64,000 nucleotides of DNA from Dimorphilus gyrociliatus (Eukaryota; Animalia; Annelida), in contig CAJFCJ010000003.1 of NCBI GenBank assembly GCA_904063045.1, positions 1,922,001 to 1,986,000 of the forward strand, given 5' to 3'. How positions within the stretch are numbered: position 1 is the first letter of the stretch; each line of letters begins with the position of its first letter. Below the pieces are notes generated by a model. That model was not told the origin of the DNA, did no database searches, and saw only the letters and a list, made by a program, of their open reading frames with translations. Below are positions 1-15,160 of this stretch, piece by piece. The position numbers and the translations under genes were made by a program.

Positions 1-3000
1 TCCGGACATTTCTTTCAAATTTTTGCATATACTGCTGTTGGATTTTTGGTGAGATATCTTTATTCTTTTGCAACGAGTATAACATTGACTTGGTTGAGTC
101 TATTGCTGCTTTATTTCTTTCTTCTTCTATTTGAACTTCTAAAACTCTTGCTTCTGCAATTTCGTATTCTTGCTCACAGTTGTTCATGGATAAGCTGTCT
201 TTGATGCACAAAAAGAAATTTACTCCTTGTCCAAGTACAGAAGATCTAGAGATATGAATTTACATTAAAATATTTTCTCTATTATTAATTGGATACTCAC
301 GCTAAACCCTTTGCTTTTGAAAAAATGTTTGAGAGAAGATGGTCATTTTTCAAGTTTTCAAAATTTCTCTCATTCTAAAATAGATTAACGTATTTTTCAA
401 TATTATATATAATATTTATTAATATACAGTATATATAATTAGATATGCAATTTCAGAAATTTCTTATTTTGAATCAAGATTAACACACAAATCATCATGT
501 TACCTCGTGTAAAAGAATTCGCTGTAGTACGAAATGTTTCATGTAATTCTTATTTTTGTTGTTTTTCATTACATAAGATATTTTGGAACTGTTTAAAATG
601 TCCTACTTTCTACCATAAAAAATAGCATTTGAAGAATGGCTTTAAATTATTATTTTTTTACTAATCTTTTATCTGAATATACTTACAACCCAAAAAAACT
701 TCAAGAATAGGATTAAACTTACGTCTACAGCACTTTCTGGTCTGATGAGACCCCCTGGTAGTGTATTTCTACACTTTTTATAGATAAATAGCGCTAGGAT
801 GATCAACAATGCACCAACAATCAAACCAACCAGGAGCATAACAACGGTTACAGCATGGTCAGTAAATAGCTATTTAAAAAAAGAGCAAGTAAAAGATATG
901 TTTCTCATGTTAAGGATACCGACATCTGAAGTTTCAATATTAACTTTTTCGATGCATGTCGAGGCTTGGAGAGCTCCATAGCGATAAGCATTATTCTGTT
1001 CAAATATTATTTTATTGCAGTAAATAGTGTGAGTAAGATTATACATACACCTCCTGTAGAATTATAATAGATTGTGGAATTAATTCTTGTGATCCCATTT
1101 GCCAGATCTTTACCCTCATTTTTCGGTTGGGCTTTAAATGACAACTCTAGCTGATTTCCCAAAGCTGTAAATCAAGTCATTTTTATAATAACTAACATTT
1201 TTTAAATCATACTTTAAAACATACGCAAGTTTTCAATAGATAAGATAAAGGCAGTCACGACTCCTGATGACTGTTCTAACGCTCCAGTAGGATTGACAAT
1301 AAAGCGATCCGAAAAAACTATGAGAGACGAGTGACCATCTCTTAGCTCAATAAATTGTGCATCTCCCGTTGATGTTGATGTATGCTCAACAGTAAGATTA
1401 ACACGAATAGTGTTAGGAAATGTTTGGGTGTCTATAACCTCAATTGTTTTATTCACAATCTGAAGACTAGGCTGTACAACCAAACCAGATCTACTAGCTA
1501 GGGGTGCTGAGTTTGAGTTGTAAGAAAAAAGAGCATTCCCTGAAATTGTTCCTCCAGGTAGGACATTCTGAGCAGCTACAAAGGTTGCTCTAAACTCTGC
1601 TTCAGCAGGAGTAGCTGGTGATGTAGAGGGATTAACAAAACTACCCATATCTCTTGTAAATTCTTTCGTTACGGTTAGAGCCCTTTTTCTGCGACGGTTG
1701 AAGATTTTTGATTCTGTGAATCCTGTTCCATCCACGACGAGTGGTTTTGCGTTTGTAGTATTAATGTAAGAAGGTAAATCGAGGGAACTGTTTATAAACT
1801 TGACCGGTGTATCAGGATAGGAAGATGTTGAAAAAGCTGTGGAAAGATAACATGTGAAACAAATATGTAATTAAGAAACAATTATTACAAGCAGTGAATT
1901 TAAAGTTGTTCAAAGATCCCCTCGGAATTTTAAACTTTTTTACAATTGTATGAGTCAAGCCCAATGGATAAACGGATGGTAAATCTACATCTGATGGAAG
2001 AGTACTATCCAATAGAAGCGGCATTAGGGGTGTTGAAGTTGAATCGGCCCGATAAAATTGAATCCCTTTGGTTTTCGATCGTAGGTTAAACACTTTAATT
2101 TATTTATTTAATGTTACTATTTACCCTTGTTATTACGGTAGTCAGAGCTTAAAGACGCATGAAAGAAACTTTTATCTCCCAATAAAAGGTTATCGTTGAC
2201 TTCTACTTGGAACTCAATAATAATTGGATTTGATAAGAAAAATGTTTTTGCTAGCGTAATTCCGGATATTATTGGGTTAAGGGAGGTTTTATTAACAAAT
2301 TCTCCATTGGGTAATTTGTAGCGAATTGTGTTAGTTAAAACTACGCCACCAACATTTATAGATGACGCAGAAATTCTAAGATTTACTGCATCTTCTGTGG
2401 TCCCCTGTAAATGGTAGATTAATCCTCTATACCGTAGAATGTTGCCACTCTGAACTGGTGCGTAATTTAGCAATGATAATGTAGATCGTAAATTAGGCCC
2501 CAAAGGACTGATAGATAAAAGAGTTCCAACTGTTTTAATCCATTTATTTCCAACGAAAAGTCTCAAATAAAAAGTTAAATTTGAGCTTTGCAATCCAGCA
2601 TTTACTATAAACTTTATGTTAAATACGATTTCATCTTTGGAGTCTTGAGTACCATCGGAAGTGACATTAATACACCCATAATCAATTGTTAAAACATCTA
2701 TTGCTTCTTTTACCAAATTTGTATAAGTATTTGAGTATTTCTCTATATTTGATCCCGTATTATTTGTAATTGATTTGAAATATGTATAATTAATAAGTGG
2801 ATATTCTGCTCCACAGATATCACTAGAAGAACCAACTATAAAACTCTCACAATTAATTCTTCTGACTGTTTCAGTCGATGGGACAATCAGTTGAAGTTTA
2901 TAATTAGCTGCTTTAGTTTCTGGCAAAAGAGCTTTTCCTTTTAGAGTGTATTCTTTCCCTTCGTATACTCCCTGTAGGTTATTATTGGGATTATTAGTTG

Positions 3001-3139
3001 ACTCTCCATCCAGCAATATCAAGCTTAAAGCTGTCTGATCGAATTCATTATTGCCGTAAGTTGTTCCAATACATTCACTTTTCACCTCCATAAAACACAA
3101 GAGGAAAAGTAACAAATATAGGCAATTCCTAAATTTCAT
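1..3139 (-). CDS. EVC2: EVC2/limbin-like type I membrane protein (5' part; continues off the left edge)
   Basis: The ORFs at 2117-3139, 1812-2093 and 1214-1735 join with further exons through GT-AG introns. The product has a signal peptide (MKFRNCLYLLLFLLCFMEVKS), about 650 aa of ectodomain, a TM helix AVTVVMLLVGLIVGALLIILALFIY (about 778-854) and a cytoplasmic coiled coil. Its segment MNNCEQEYEIAEARVLEVQIEEERNK..KDISPKIQQQYMQKF resembles human EVC2 as I recall it (ELEIATLNRADADLE..HLSPQVERKMSAVF). It lies head-to-head with an EVC-like gene. Confidence 0.8.
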
Positions 3140-3421
3140 GATTATTCTTTTTCTCTCACTAATCAGAAAATCTTAAAATATTTCTCAAGTTCTTATTCTG
3201 ACTCCGCCACTATATTCATTCAATTGAATCGATATTTTAAATTAATTGCACGCCACATATTTAAAATTGTTTTTACAACTAGCTCTGAGACAGGTCTGTT
3301 GCTAAGGATATTCCCACAATATTTACAGTGACGTCATTTAGGCGCGCAAATCACAATGGCGGCGTAATGAAATTTACTTGACTACAGATTATTGATAAAG
3401 CAAAAAGGCACAAGAACAGGA
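3140..3421. promoter_or_regulatory. Bidirectional promoter of EVC2/EVC
   Basis: 282 bp between divergent start codons. Contains TGACGTCA (3329-3336), an imperfect X-box-like GTTGCTAAGGATAT (3298-3311) and a CpG-richer patch. Confidence 0.6.
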
Positions 3422-6400
3422 ATGAGTAATCAATTAAACTCTGTCAGCCCGGTTCCTTTTGGATGGGGAAATGACTGTGTTCCAGTTCAAGTTGAAGTCA
3501 TGAAAGAGCTGACTGACGTTGACAAAGATGCTTTGATAATCGCTTTTTTTGTTGGTTTAATAGTTGGTGGATTAATCGCATTGCTTTGTGCAAAACTATG
3601 CATAAAAGATATTATTAAGCACAAAGTAAGTTTTATAAGTTTAAATTTTCGATAGCAGTCATTTTTAGGAAATTATTGATTACTTTATAGATTCAACACG
3701 AAGAAGAGAGGCATGGAATATATCCTGAGAAACAAGAACCACCACCTGCTTACCAGGAACTTGATGTAATTAAAATGTTCAATTTTCTGCACTAATTAAT
3801 TAAATTAAATTCGATTTAAATACTTTTAATAGATTTTTTTTAATTTGTAGAAACAAGAATCTGGTAGGAGAAGAAAGAAGAAAAAGAGACAATTGTTAGA
3901 AGACGAAGCCCCCTTGTTAGTTCAAAGGCCAAGTTTGGGAACAGAAGATGATAATTATGAACCGAACACTCTTGCTGATGCATTTGCCAGTCCAAACAGG
4001 TAAATATTTAAACTTTTGATAATTTTAAAGTCTATTTTTTTTATTATTTTTAATAGCTATTTTATGGAAGCATCAATTTTGCGGCAAGATTTTGAGCATA
4101 CCGTTTCCCTTGACATTGAGTTAAGAGCTGAAAAAATTGAGGTTAGTAAGCCTATGATCTTCGTTCAATCAATTGCTGTTAATTGGTAACTCGTTTTTAA
4201 ATTAAAAAGGTATTTTTGAAAATGGTAAACGCAGTTCTGAATTATGCTCATCGAAACAATTTCATATCTGACACTCAATATGATGATTTATGGGCTAAAG
4301 AGAGAGATCAAGTTAATCGAATTATATCGACATGTAAAAGAGAATGCAATGACAAAATTGCTGAACTTAAAAAGAGCGCAAAACTTAAACAAGATCTCAT
4401 TGCTTTTCAAAGTCAAGCCGAAATGATTGAGACACTCATAGCTAAGAGATTGGTAAATATTTATATACAAATTCGTATGATTACTCATATTCATATCTTC
4501 TATTAAATGAAATGTGCCATTTTAGAATACTCTTCTAAGTGACGAGAGAGAAAATTTGAAGAAAGAGTTAGCTAAGTATGGTGTTCCAGATGATGAGGTT
4601 TGCGTCTTGTTACGTCATGTAAATAATTTATAATTGATTTGTGATTTAACTTAGATTAAAAAATTACTCTCGGGTTTAAATGATAGCATGAAGAAGCTGG
4701 ACCAAAAAATCGCCTCAGAAAGAGAGCGTCAACTTGCTGTTAGTAAAATTCTATTTTTTCTTCCAATTACTTACCTTTTGTTAACAGGCTTTAGAGAGAA
4801 AGTTGGAAAGAAGAAGGAAAGTTGTTGAGCAAGAACAAGTTGAAGAAGAACAAGCAAATACCGAAATCGATATTAGATGTGATAGGAATCTAGAAACGTT
4901 AGATAAACTTGTTGGAGCAGGCAAATTGCTGGAGAGGACCAAAGAGGAACTCTTAGAGGACTATGAACGCGATTGTCGCAAAGCCAAAATGGTCCAAACA
5001 GAAAGTAAATATTACCTTGGAAGTACATTATGCAAATAATAGGTTTCTTCTCTTAAGATTACCAAAAAAAGAAAGGAGATCTTCAAAGCCGTCTTAATAA
5101 GCGAAAGGAAGATCGTTTGAGAAAACTTCAAGACGAGCAGGAAAGAAGAAAGCAAGAATTTCTAAGGAAATGTGAAAAATCTGCTGATATTGAAGCTGTG
5201 ACGGCTGTAAGTGATTATAAAATTGTTTTAAATGTCTGAATAACAAACTTTTTTTTAGGAATTTCATAAACTATTGTCTACGTTCAGAGAAGAAAGGGAG
5301 AATTTAGAGGGAGAATTTGATGATAGAGCTATAGACGAATTTGTAAATCTTAAAAGACAATTCGAGGATGAACTAGAGAACATATTTAGTGAGAAAGAGT
5401 TGAATTTTCAGGAAAGCATACGCTCGAAGGCTAATCTAACTCAAGATGAAGTGGATAGATTAATGAAAAATCATAGGCAGCAGATGTTAGATCTCGCAGG
5501 TTAATTACTGAATTAAACTTTCCAAGCCTTCAGAGTAACTGTTGTTAAACAGACAGAAGGAAAAGTGAACAAGAACGCATCGAAGCAGTAATGAGAGAAA
5601 AGCAGAAACAGAGGAGGCTTGTATGTTTCTATTAATTGATATTTTAAGATTTATTTATTTGCTTATAATTGTAAAGAAAAAAGAGGAAGAAACCCGTAGA
5701 ATGATTGCAGATCAACAGGCCATTCAAGAGCAAGAGAATACAACCATTCAGCGACTGCTGGACTCACAAACAGAAATTGATGATGAGTTAGTTCGTAGGA
5801 AAATCAAACATTGTCTATGTATCTATTTATTTATGTAGGAGTAAGAAAAAGATCTTGCAAGAACATAAAGAAAACATGGAAAATATTAATCATCAATTAC
5901 GTGTGAGTAGGATGAAGCAACAAAAAGCGTAAGTAACTCTGCTGATCCAAAATTTGTTGATAAATCTTTCTTTCATGTTTTTAGTCTAGATGAAAAATTG
6001 GCTAGTAGACGGGCTAAAATTGCTAGTTTAAAGGAAGATAGAGAAAATGCAAAGGCGGAAGCAAAGAGAGATCGAGAGAAGAAGCAAGCAGAATTAGTTC
6101 GTACTTTTGAGCAGTTCGATTTGTTGATATATTACAAATTTTAAATAGAACAAGCTTATTGAGGATGAAGAGAAGAAACTACGTGAAGAACAAGAAAAAC
6201 GAAAAGAAGAAGTCAGAAAACGCCTGTCTCAAGAAACAAAGATGCTTTTAGAAGAAAAGGAAAAAGAAATGGCTCAACTGGTTGGACGTATTCAAGCATC
6301 TATAGTTCGCTACAAAGCAAGAATAGAAAAAGATAAAAAAATTCTTGAAGAGATGGAGCAGAAAGTTACCAAGAAAGTTGAAGAAAGTGTAGTTGACAGA

Positions 6401-7166
6401 GATGATAAAGATGAAGTCAAAGCAGTTTTAAGGGACTACCAGCAAAATATGATGAATTTAGAAGATCAGATGAATGAGGGTAGAGCTAGGCAAGAGCAAA
6501 AATTGAAAGAAAAAATAGAGCGAAGGAAATTACAAAAAGAGGAGTATGTAGATATTTAAATTTTTATGATATAAAAATGTAATCTGATTTACAGTATTGT
6601 CGAGAGAGACCTTCGAGAAGAGCTGCAAGACAAACGCGATGAAGGACGATCCCTTCGGTTAGCAGAAATGTTCAAAAAACAATAATCTTTTTTTCTAAGT
6701 TATTGCTGTAAACAGAAGCCCAACAGCCGTGATGGCCAGTGATGTTTTGAATAGAATTATTGTCGAGCAGAAGCATCGAGCAGCAATGAGACAACTAGAA
6801 GAAGAAATGCAATTGGAAATGAAAAAACAGCGGGAGGAACTGAATAAGGAGTTTGAAATAGGACTTAAAGAAGAACTTGATGTTTGCTATTTTTTATCTT
6901 TGATTTCATATATCACTAATATTTAGCATTTTTAGAATCAGAATAAATCTTTACTCGCTCAATTGGCATTAATATCGAATGTAAAAGAGAAGGATATAAA
7001 GAAGTTGGCTGAGGAAGCAGCCTATGGTAAGATACAATCTTTTTTAGTTAAAAATTTCGAAATTAAATTTTTTATAGAGGCGGGAGCTGAAAAATCTGAA
7101 GCTGTAAAAATTGCTAAAGACATGAAAAGTGAATATAAGAGAGCAAGATCTAGTTTTGGCATGTAA
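3422..7166 (+). CDS. EVC: EVC-like single-pass coiled-coil ciliary membrane protein
   Basis: ATG at 3422; first exon ends 3625 (gtaagt), followed by many short GT-AG introns; stop TAA at 7164-7166. The N-terminal TM helix (ALIIAFFVGLIVGGLIALLCAKLCI) is followed by a long E/K/R/Q coiled coil. Segments LDIELRAEK and EFLRKCEKSADIEAVTAEFHKLLSTFREERENLEGEFDDRAIDEFVNL align with recalled human EVC LDTALRQEK and [48 protein letters not shown]. Confidence 0.8.
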
Positions 7167-7621
7167 AAATTAAATAACTGAATATTTTTGTTTAACCGGC
7201 AAAAAACAAAGCTCAACAGTGGTCATATAATTTCTTTTTCAATCAAACAATACATTAATATAGTTAAATGGATTTACCTTATATATCGGATTGAACCTAG
7301 GATTTACAGAACTAGAAAAGTCATGTTATATATCACACGTTGCGCAGAGATGCATTGGGACCTGCACCATAGACGAGATCAAAAAAGTACTTGACAATCA
7401 ACACAAAGATGGTGGCAGAAAAATATTACAATACATTGACTGCCAGCAGCCGTGTGGTTGAAACGTTAAGGTCCTGATGAAATATCATAAAACAAAAAGT
7501 AACTTTTGTTCCATTTTCTTATACGCCAAAACTGCAGGCTTCTCTGCACAATTGCTAAGATATTTAAGAACGAACAACAACTTTTACATACCGTAGAGTA
7601 TAATGACCAGTAAAGCATAAT

Positions 7622-9997
<2,376 letters not shown>

Positions 9998-10750
9998 ATT
10001 ACAATAACCGTAAATAATGGTCTGTTTCTGTTTTTTCTTAAAAAGAACAGCAAATTTTTCCTTTGTCAATCACAAATGTTGCAAGTCTCGTGACAACGAG
10101 ATCCCGTTTAGACGTGCTTCCGGTTTTTGCTCAATGATATAAGATTCTTGAATTTTATATTTTTAAAACTTTTTTAAAAAATATATAAAACAATAAAGCA
10201 ATAATGCATTTAATCGCCATACTATGTCAAATATTTTATTAATTATTAAATGTTTACTTGCTTTAAGTAGAAATTATTCGTTACATTTTAAAATATTTTC
10301 TCTCAAAAACAAAAATTGGCTATTAAATATTATAATGTTTTTTAAGCTAGATATTTTTAAAACAAGATAATTTTTTTATGTGTAAAAACTGATTTTTTAA
10401 AATCTCTAACACATTATCTTTTACCAACGAATTATTGGTCTGCATCACCGCATGGCAATATGCGCCATCTCTAAGATTGACTAAATTTCAGTTTGACGGC
10501 AATTTAGTATAAAAAATCTGCCTTTAAAACGTTATTGAGCTATAAATGAAAAATATCATAGTAATTTGACTTCTATTCAAATACAATTACACACGCACAC
10601 CCAGCACGTGATTCTTATATCGTCTGCTATAGCCGCACAGGAACCTGAAGGCTAGGTGTTTATTCATGCCCAAAATGATTAAATAAAAACTTGTACGAAA
10701 CAAAGCAAAAATATTGAATTGGTGCTTTTCATGTAATTCTTTTAAAAAAC

Positions 10751-13661
10751 ATGAGACTCGTGTTCTTGAATAGAATGAGAAGGCTTCGTTGTTTAATCAT
10801 TCTTTTTGTTATACTAATACCCTGTTCCTTTATTTTATACCACCACCTGGTTAACATCGAAGTTTCTATTAAAACCAATAAGGCTGACTTAGCAAATAGC
10901 GCGATAAAGAGGTTAGTTTCATCAACTAGGCAATAAAAAAATTCCAATAGTTATTTTAAAGCACAAGGGAAAATTATGAAGAATCAAACCAAATTAAAGT
11001 TTCTCGAATATTTTCTGATTCCGATACGCGCGTATTGATTGGAGGTTACTTTAAGTAAATGTACTAAAATAATAACTAATATTTTTTTCTATTTAAGGGT
11101 ATCGAAAATATATGTTCAACCATTTAATAAGCTCTCGTTTAAATAAAACAAGAGAAGTACCTGACACAAGAAACCCACTATGTTCGGGAAAAAATTATTA
11201 TAAGCGTTCCTACGTCGATGTATCAATTATAGTTTGTTTCTACAATGAAGAATTTTATGCTCTTACGCGGACCATAAATAGCATAATTCATCGGAGTCCC
11301 AGTCTGATACGAGAAATTCTCTTAGTAGACGATAGCAGCAACTTTCGTAAGACACTTTTTCCTTTTGTAAGAAAGTCATAAAAGTTGTCTTTTTAGCTGA
11401 TTTACAGGAACGCCTAGACAAATTTATTCATACAAATTTCAATATAGTTAGATTAATTAGATTAAAGAGACGCGAAGGCTTGATAAGGTGTCGAATCAAA
11501 GGGGCTGATGAAGCCACTGGAACAGTAAGTGATACAATCAAGTTTTTTATACTAACTTTCGACATTTCTTCTTCATAAGGTTTTAGTGTTTTTGGACAGT
11601 CATTGCGAAGTTAACAAGGGGTGGCTAGAACCACTAATTGATCATGTTATGCAAAATGAATCCAACATAGCTGTCCCTGTCATAGACATTATTGACGCTG
11701 ATACGCTACTGTATAAAGCATCTCCTTTAGTAAGAGGAGGATTTTCATGGCGAATGAGCTTCATTTGGGATAACATTCCTGCTTACTATATTAAAAGCGA
11801 TAATGATCAAATTAAACCAATAAGGTAAGAACATATAATACTAATATCTGCGTAGAAATTGAATATACTTTCTTACAATATAAAGTAAGAATTTGTGTGT
11901 GTAAAATATTAAAATTTTGTTTAGAAATAAAGGAAGTTTTCTTGCTTAATGTTAAAGATAAAAATATCTTACATAAACTTCTTAATGGGTTGGTAAAATT
12001 GACAAGCTCCAACTGCAAATGAAATATGTAAGAATCCTATTGTATAAATACAATAAATGTGATGCTCTTAGAAGTAAGTAACTCCACCAAGGGAACTTTT
12101 GGCATTTCTTTCAGATTCCACATAGAAATTTTTCTAACATTTTTCAAAAAACAAAGCAGTATATCTTAAGCAGAACATTCCTCACAAGTATAAGTCTTTG
12201 ATAATAGAAAATTTTTCAGTAACCTCAGTTTTTGCTGCCATCTACCCAAGAATTCAAAGCAAAGTCATATTTGTCCTGCTTGTTCCTAACGAATGAGACA
12301 GAGCCCTGATAAAGGGAATCTGTTTTATTATAACTTTTTTAAGTGTTTATGTAACTGCTAGGGGTTTTTCTTGATCTTCAACTATCATATACTGTATAGG
12401 CAATAGTCGGAAATAAAGAATCTACAGATAAAATTATGTTTCTTGAAATGAAGTATCTTTTTATTAATTAAACAGATCCCCTACTATGGCAGGCGGCTTA
12501 TTTGCCATCCAAAGAAAATACTTCAATTATTTAGGAAAATATGATGATAAAATGATAATATGGGGAGGAGAAAACTTAGAAATATCGTTTAGGGTAAATA
12601 AGCATGTAATCTAGCTAAAAAAAATAGTAAATTTAAAACACTATAGACTTGGATGTGTGGAGGTTCAATTCATATAATTCCATGTTCAAGAATAGGACAC
12701 TTGTTCCGTTCCCGCAGACCATACAGATCCCCAAGGAATTCTTTGTTAAAAAACTCGGTTCGGGTCGCTCAAGTATGGCTAGATGAATACAAGGTTTAAT
12801 TCAACTTTTTTTTATCAAATTGTTGTATGACAACTTTATTTTCAGCAATATTTTTTCAATGTTGAACCAAAAGCCACAGCAATATTAAGTGACGTTGGTG
12901 ACTTAGGCGAGCGAATAAATTTGAGAAAAAATCTCAAATGCAGATCTTTCAAATGGTACGAATAAATAAATAATTTGCTAAAGCAAAAGCACAATATCAA
13001 TTTTTCGTCAGGTTTTTGGAAAATGTGTATCCCGAAAAATCTCTACCTAACTCTGGACGAGGGGAATTTACTAATTTTTTCACGCAGCCGTTAGAGACAT
13101 CTGCTGTGAAATATCATGGATACGTAGGTGCTAAAATTTAAGATATATTCAAATTTATTTAATAAGATTATATGACAAATTAGTTAATGCACGTTGAGAC
13201 GGGTGAGTACTGCAATACACCTCAAGGAAAGTTTAAAAAGGGAATCAAGATGATATTACGCAAATCTAGTGATATGGTATGGATTTTATTTATATTTTTT
13301 TCTTTCAAAAGATACAAAATTTTCAGAAATGGATCTCAAATTTGAACTATGAAGTTAAAGTAGAAGACAGCTCATTTTGTGTCGATGTGCATTCATCTTT
13401 TGACGAAGGACATCAATGGATGCAACTTAGCCTCTGCCATAATTCACTTTCTTCGCAAACTTGGATATATGATAATGTAAGTTTAAGTTTATTTACAATA
13501 CTATTTAACAACTATCATTGGTTGTGTAGGCTAAGAAATGGTTGTATAATATGGCGTATGGCAAATGTGCATCGATTGCTGCAAGCGAAGATAACATAAC
13601 AAGATTACGACTAGAAAAATGCGACGAAAATATAAAGAGGCAGCAGTTTGAATTTACATAA
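10751..13661 (+). CDS. GALNT11: Polypeptide N-acetylgalactosaminyltransferase, GALNT11-like
   Basis: Type II TM anchor, [29 protein letters not shown], DxH (FLDSHCE), [28 protein letters not shown] and a C-terminal ricin-B lectin domain; stop TAA at 13659-13661. The GALNT11 subfamily assignment rests on recalled similarity. Confidence 0.88.
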
Positions 13662-15160
13662 AAAGTAAGGTAACCCTTGCTTGCTTTATTTGCCTTTTAA
13701 GCTATAAGAAATCAAATTACCAGTTTTAAATTTCTCAAACTGGTAGTGACATCTGTAAATAGTATATTATTTTCGCCTTTTATCTTAATAAATTATTTTA
13801 TGTTGTTGAGATAAAATGAAAAACATCTTTATGCATCTTCTAGACATAAGAGCAAAGTAAGGTAAAGCGCACAATCAAGTTTTTATCGTAACGCAAAAAG
13901 TGGCCTAGCTGCCATGCACTTTTTATACGCTTGACTTTTTATGTAGCTGGCAGCAGCAGTGGAGTTTGTTACATTGTAAAGATTTGTACTTTCGTACCGT
14001 ATTCTCTACTCGGCTAGCGGTGAGTAACCTTTTCGCTCCATTTTTCGCGACCGTTATCGTTTTCACTCTTGCATGACGGCGAATATTTACGAGATTCTTC
14101 GACGTGATTAGCCGACTATGTGAAATTTGGATGAAAAACTGCGTTCGGAGAATCAGATCTATTTTCTAGTTTTTGGCCGTTTTTCATGACAGATTCTGTG
14201 AATTAAGAAAATATTAGGTAATCCTTCTGCAGAAGTTTATCTTTAATGCCTCAATAAACGAATTGGATTAATTTTGCTATCTTATTGTTAAAGAAAAATA
14301 TTTTTTAATTTTTAAAATGAAAAATGAGACATTCTTAATTTACATAGAACATTTTCATCCTACTTATATTTCCCAATATATCGTTCATTTATTTCTTGTC
14401 GCTTATTAATTGTAGTAATCGTCACCAGACCCATATTTGGCTTTAGGATTCTCCTATTCAGTGTATATATTTTAAAGTGATTGCTAAGAATATAGCCTCC
14501 GAATTAAGTAAAATACCCAGGTAACCGATCGAAGTTTAATCTTTGCTATCGGTCAGAGATAACCGATGATCTAACAACAAAGATAGTTATATCGTATTAT
14601 ATAATATCTAATTCCGTACTGATTATTTTCGAAGGTTAGATAATCATATTTGTGAGAACTATAGATTTTATTATTATAAAGCCTATTTGGCCTATAGAAT
14701 TAACTAATAAAAAAGTTTACTGCTATGCTAAACAAAATTGTACTTTTTTCCATTTTCATAAAGCTTGATATATACAAGGTTAATTTATAATTAATTCGAT
14801 ACCCCGACATTTAGTTAAGCGAGTCTATTGTATGCGTGTTGGCTTATAAGGCCGATTCCATAAACAACCAAGAAAAACAAAGGGTATAATAAATGGTTGT
14901 TTGAATGTACAGCATATAAATTCTTAGACCCAAGTATAGGCGTTTATAGTCAAATCGCATTTTTTACTAAAAGTTTACTATTCATAAAGTTAGTATATTT
15001 GATGGATCTTTTTCAGGCCAATAACAAGTAGCTTATCAAATTTTTAAAACTATATTCTAGATGTTGTATTAAAGCCGCCACCTATCGGTGTAAGGTTGTA
15101 GGGTACGTAAGTACTGATTTCTTAAACTTAGTAACATTTTCTCTTAGACTGTGATAGTGT

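Noticed and set aside
2093-2136. Apparent 32-nt intron in the EVC2-like gene
   Set aside because: An in-frame donor 12 nt upstream (GTAATA) gives a more ordinary 44-nt intron, so an ultra-short intron cannot be claimed.
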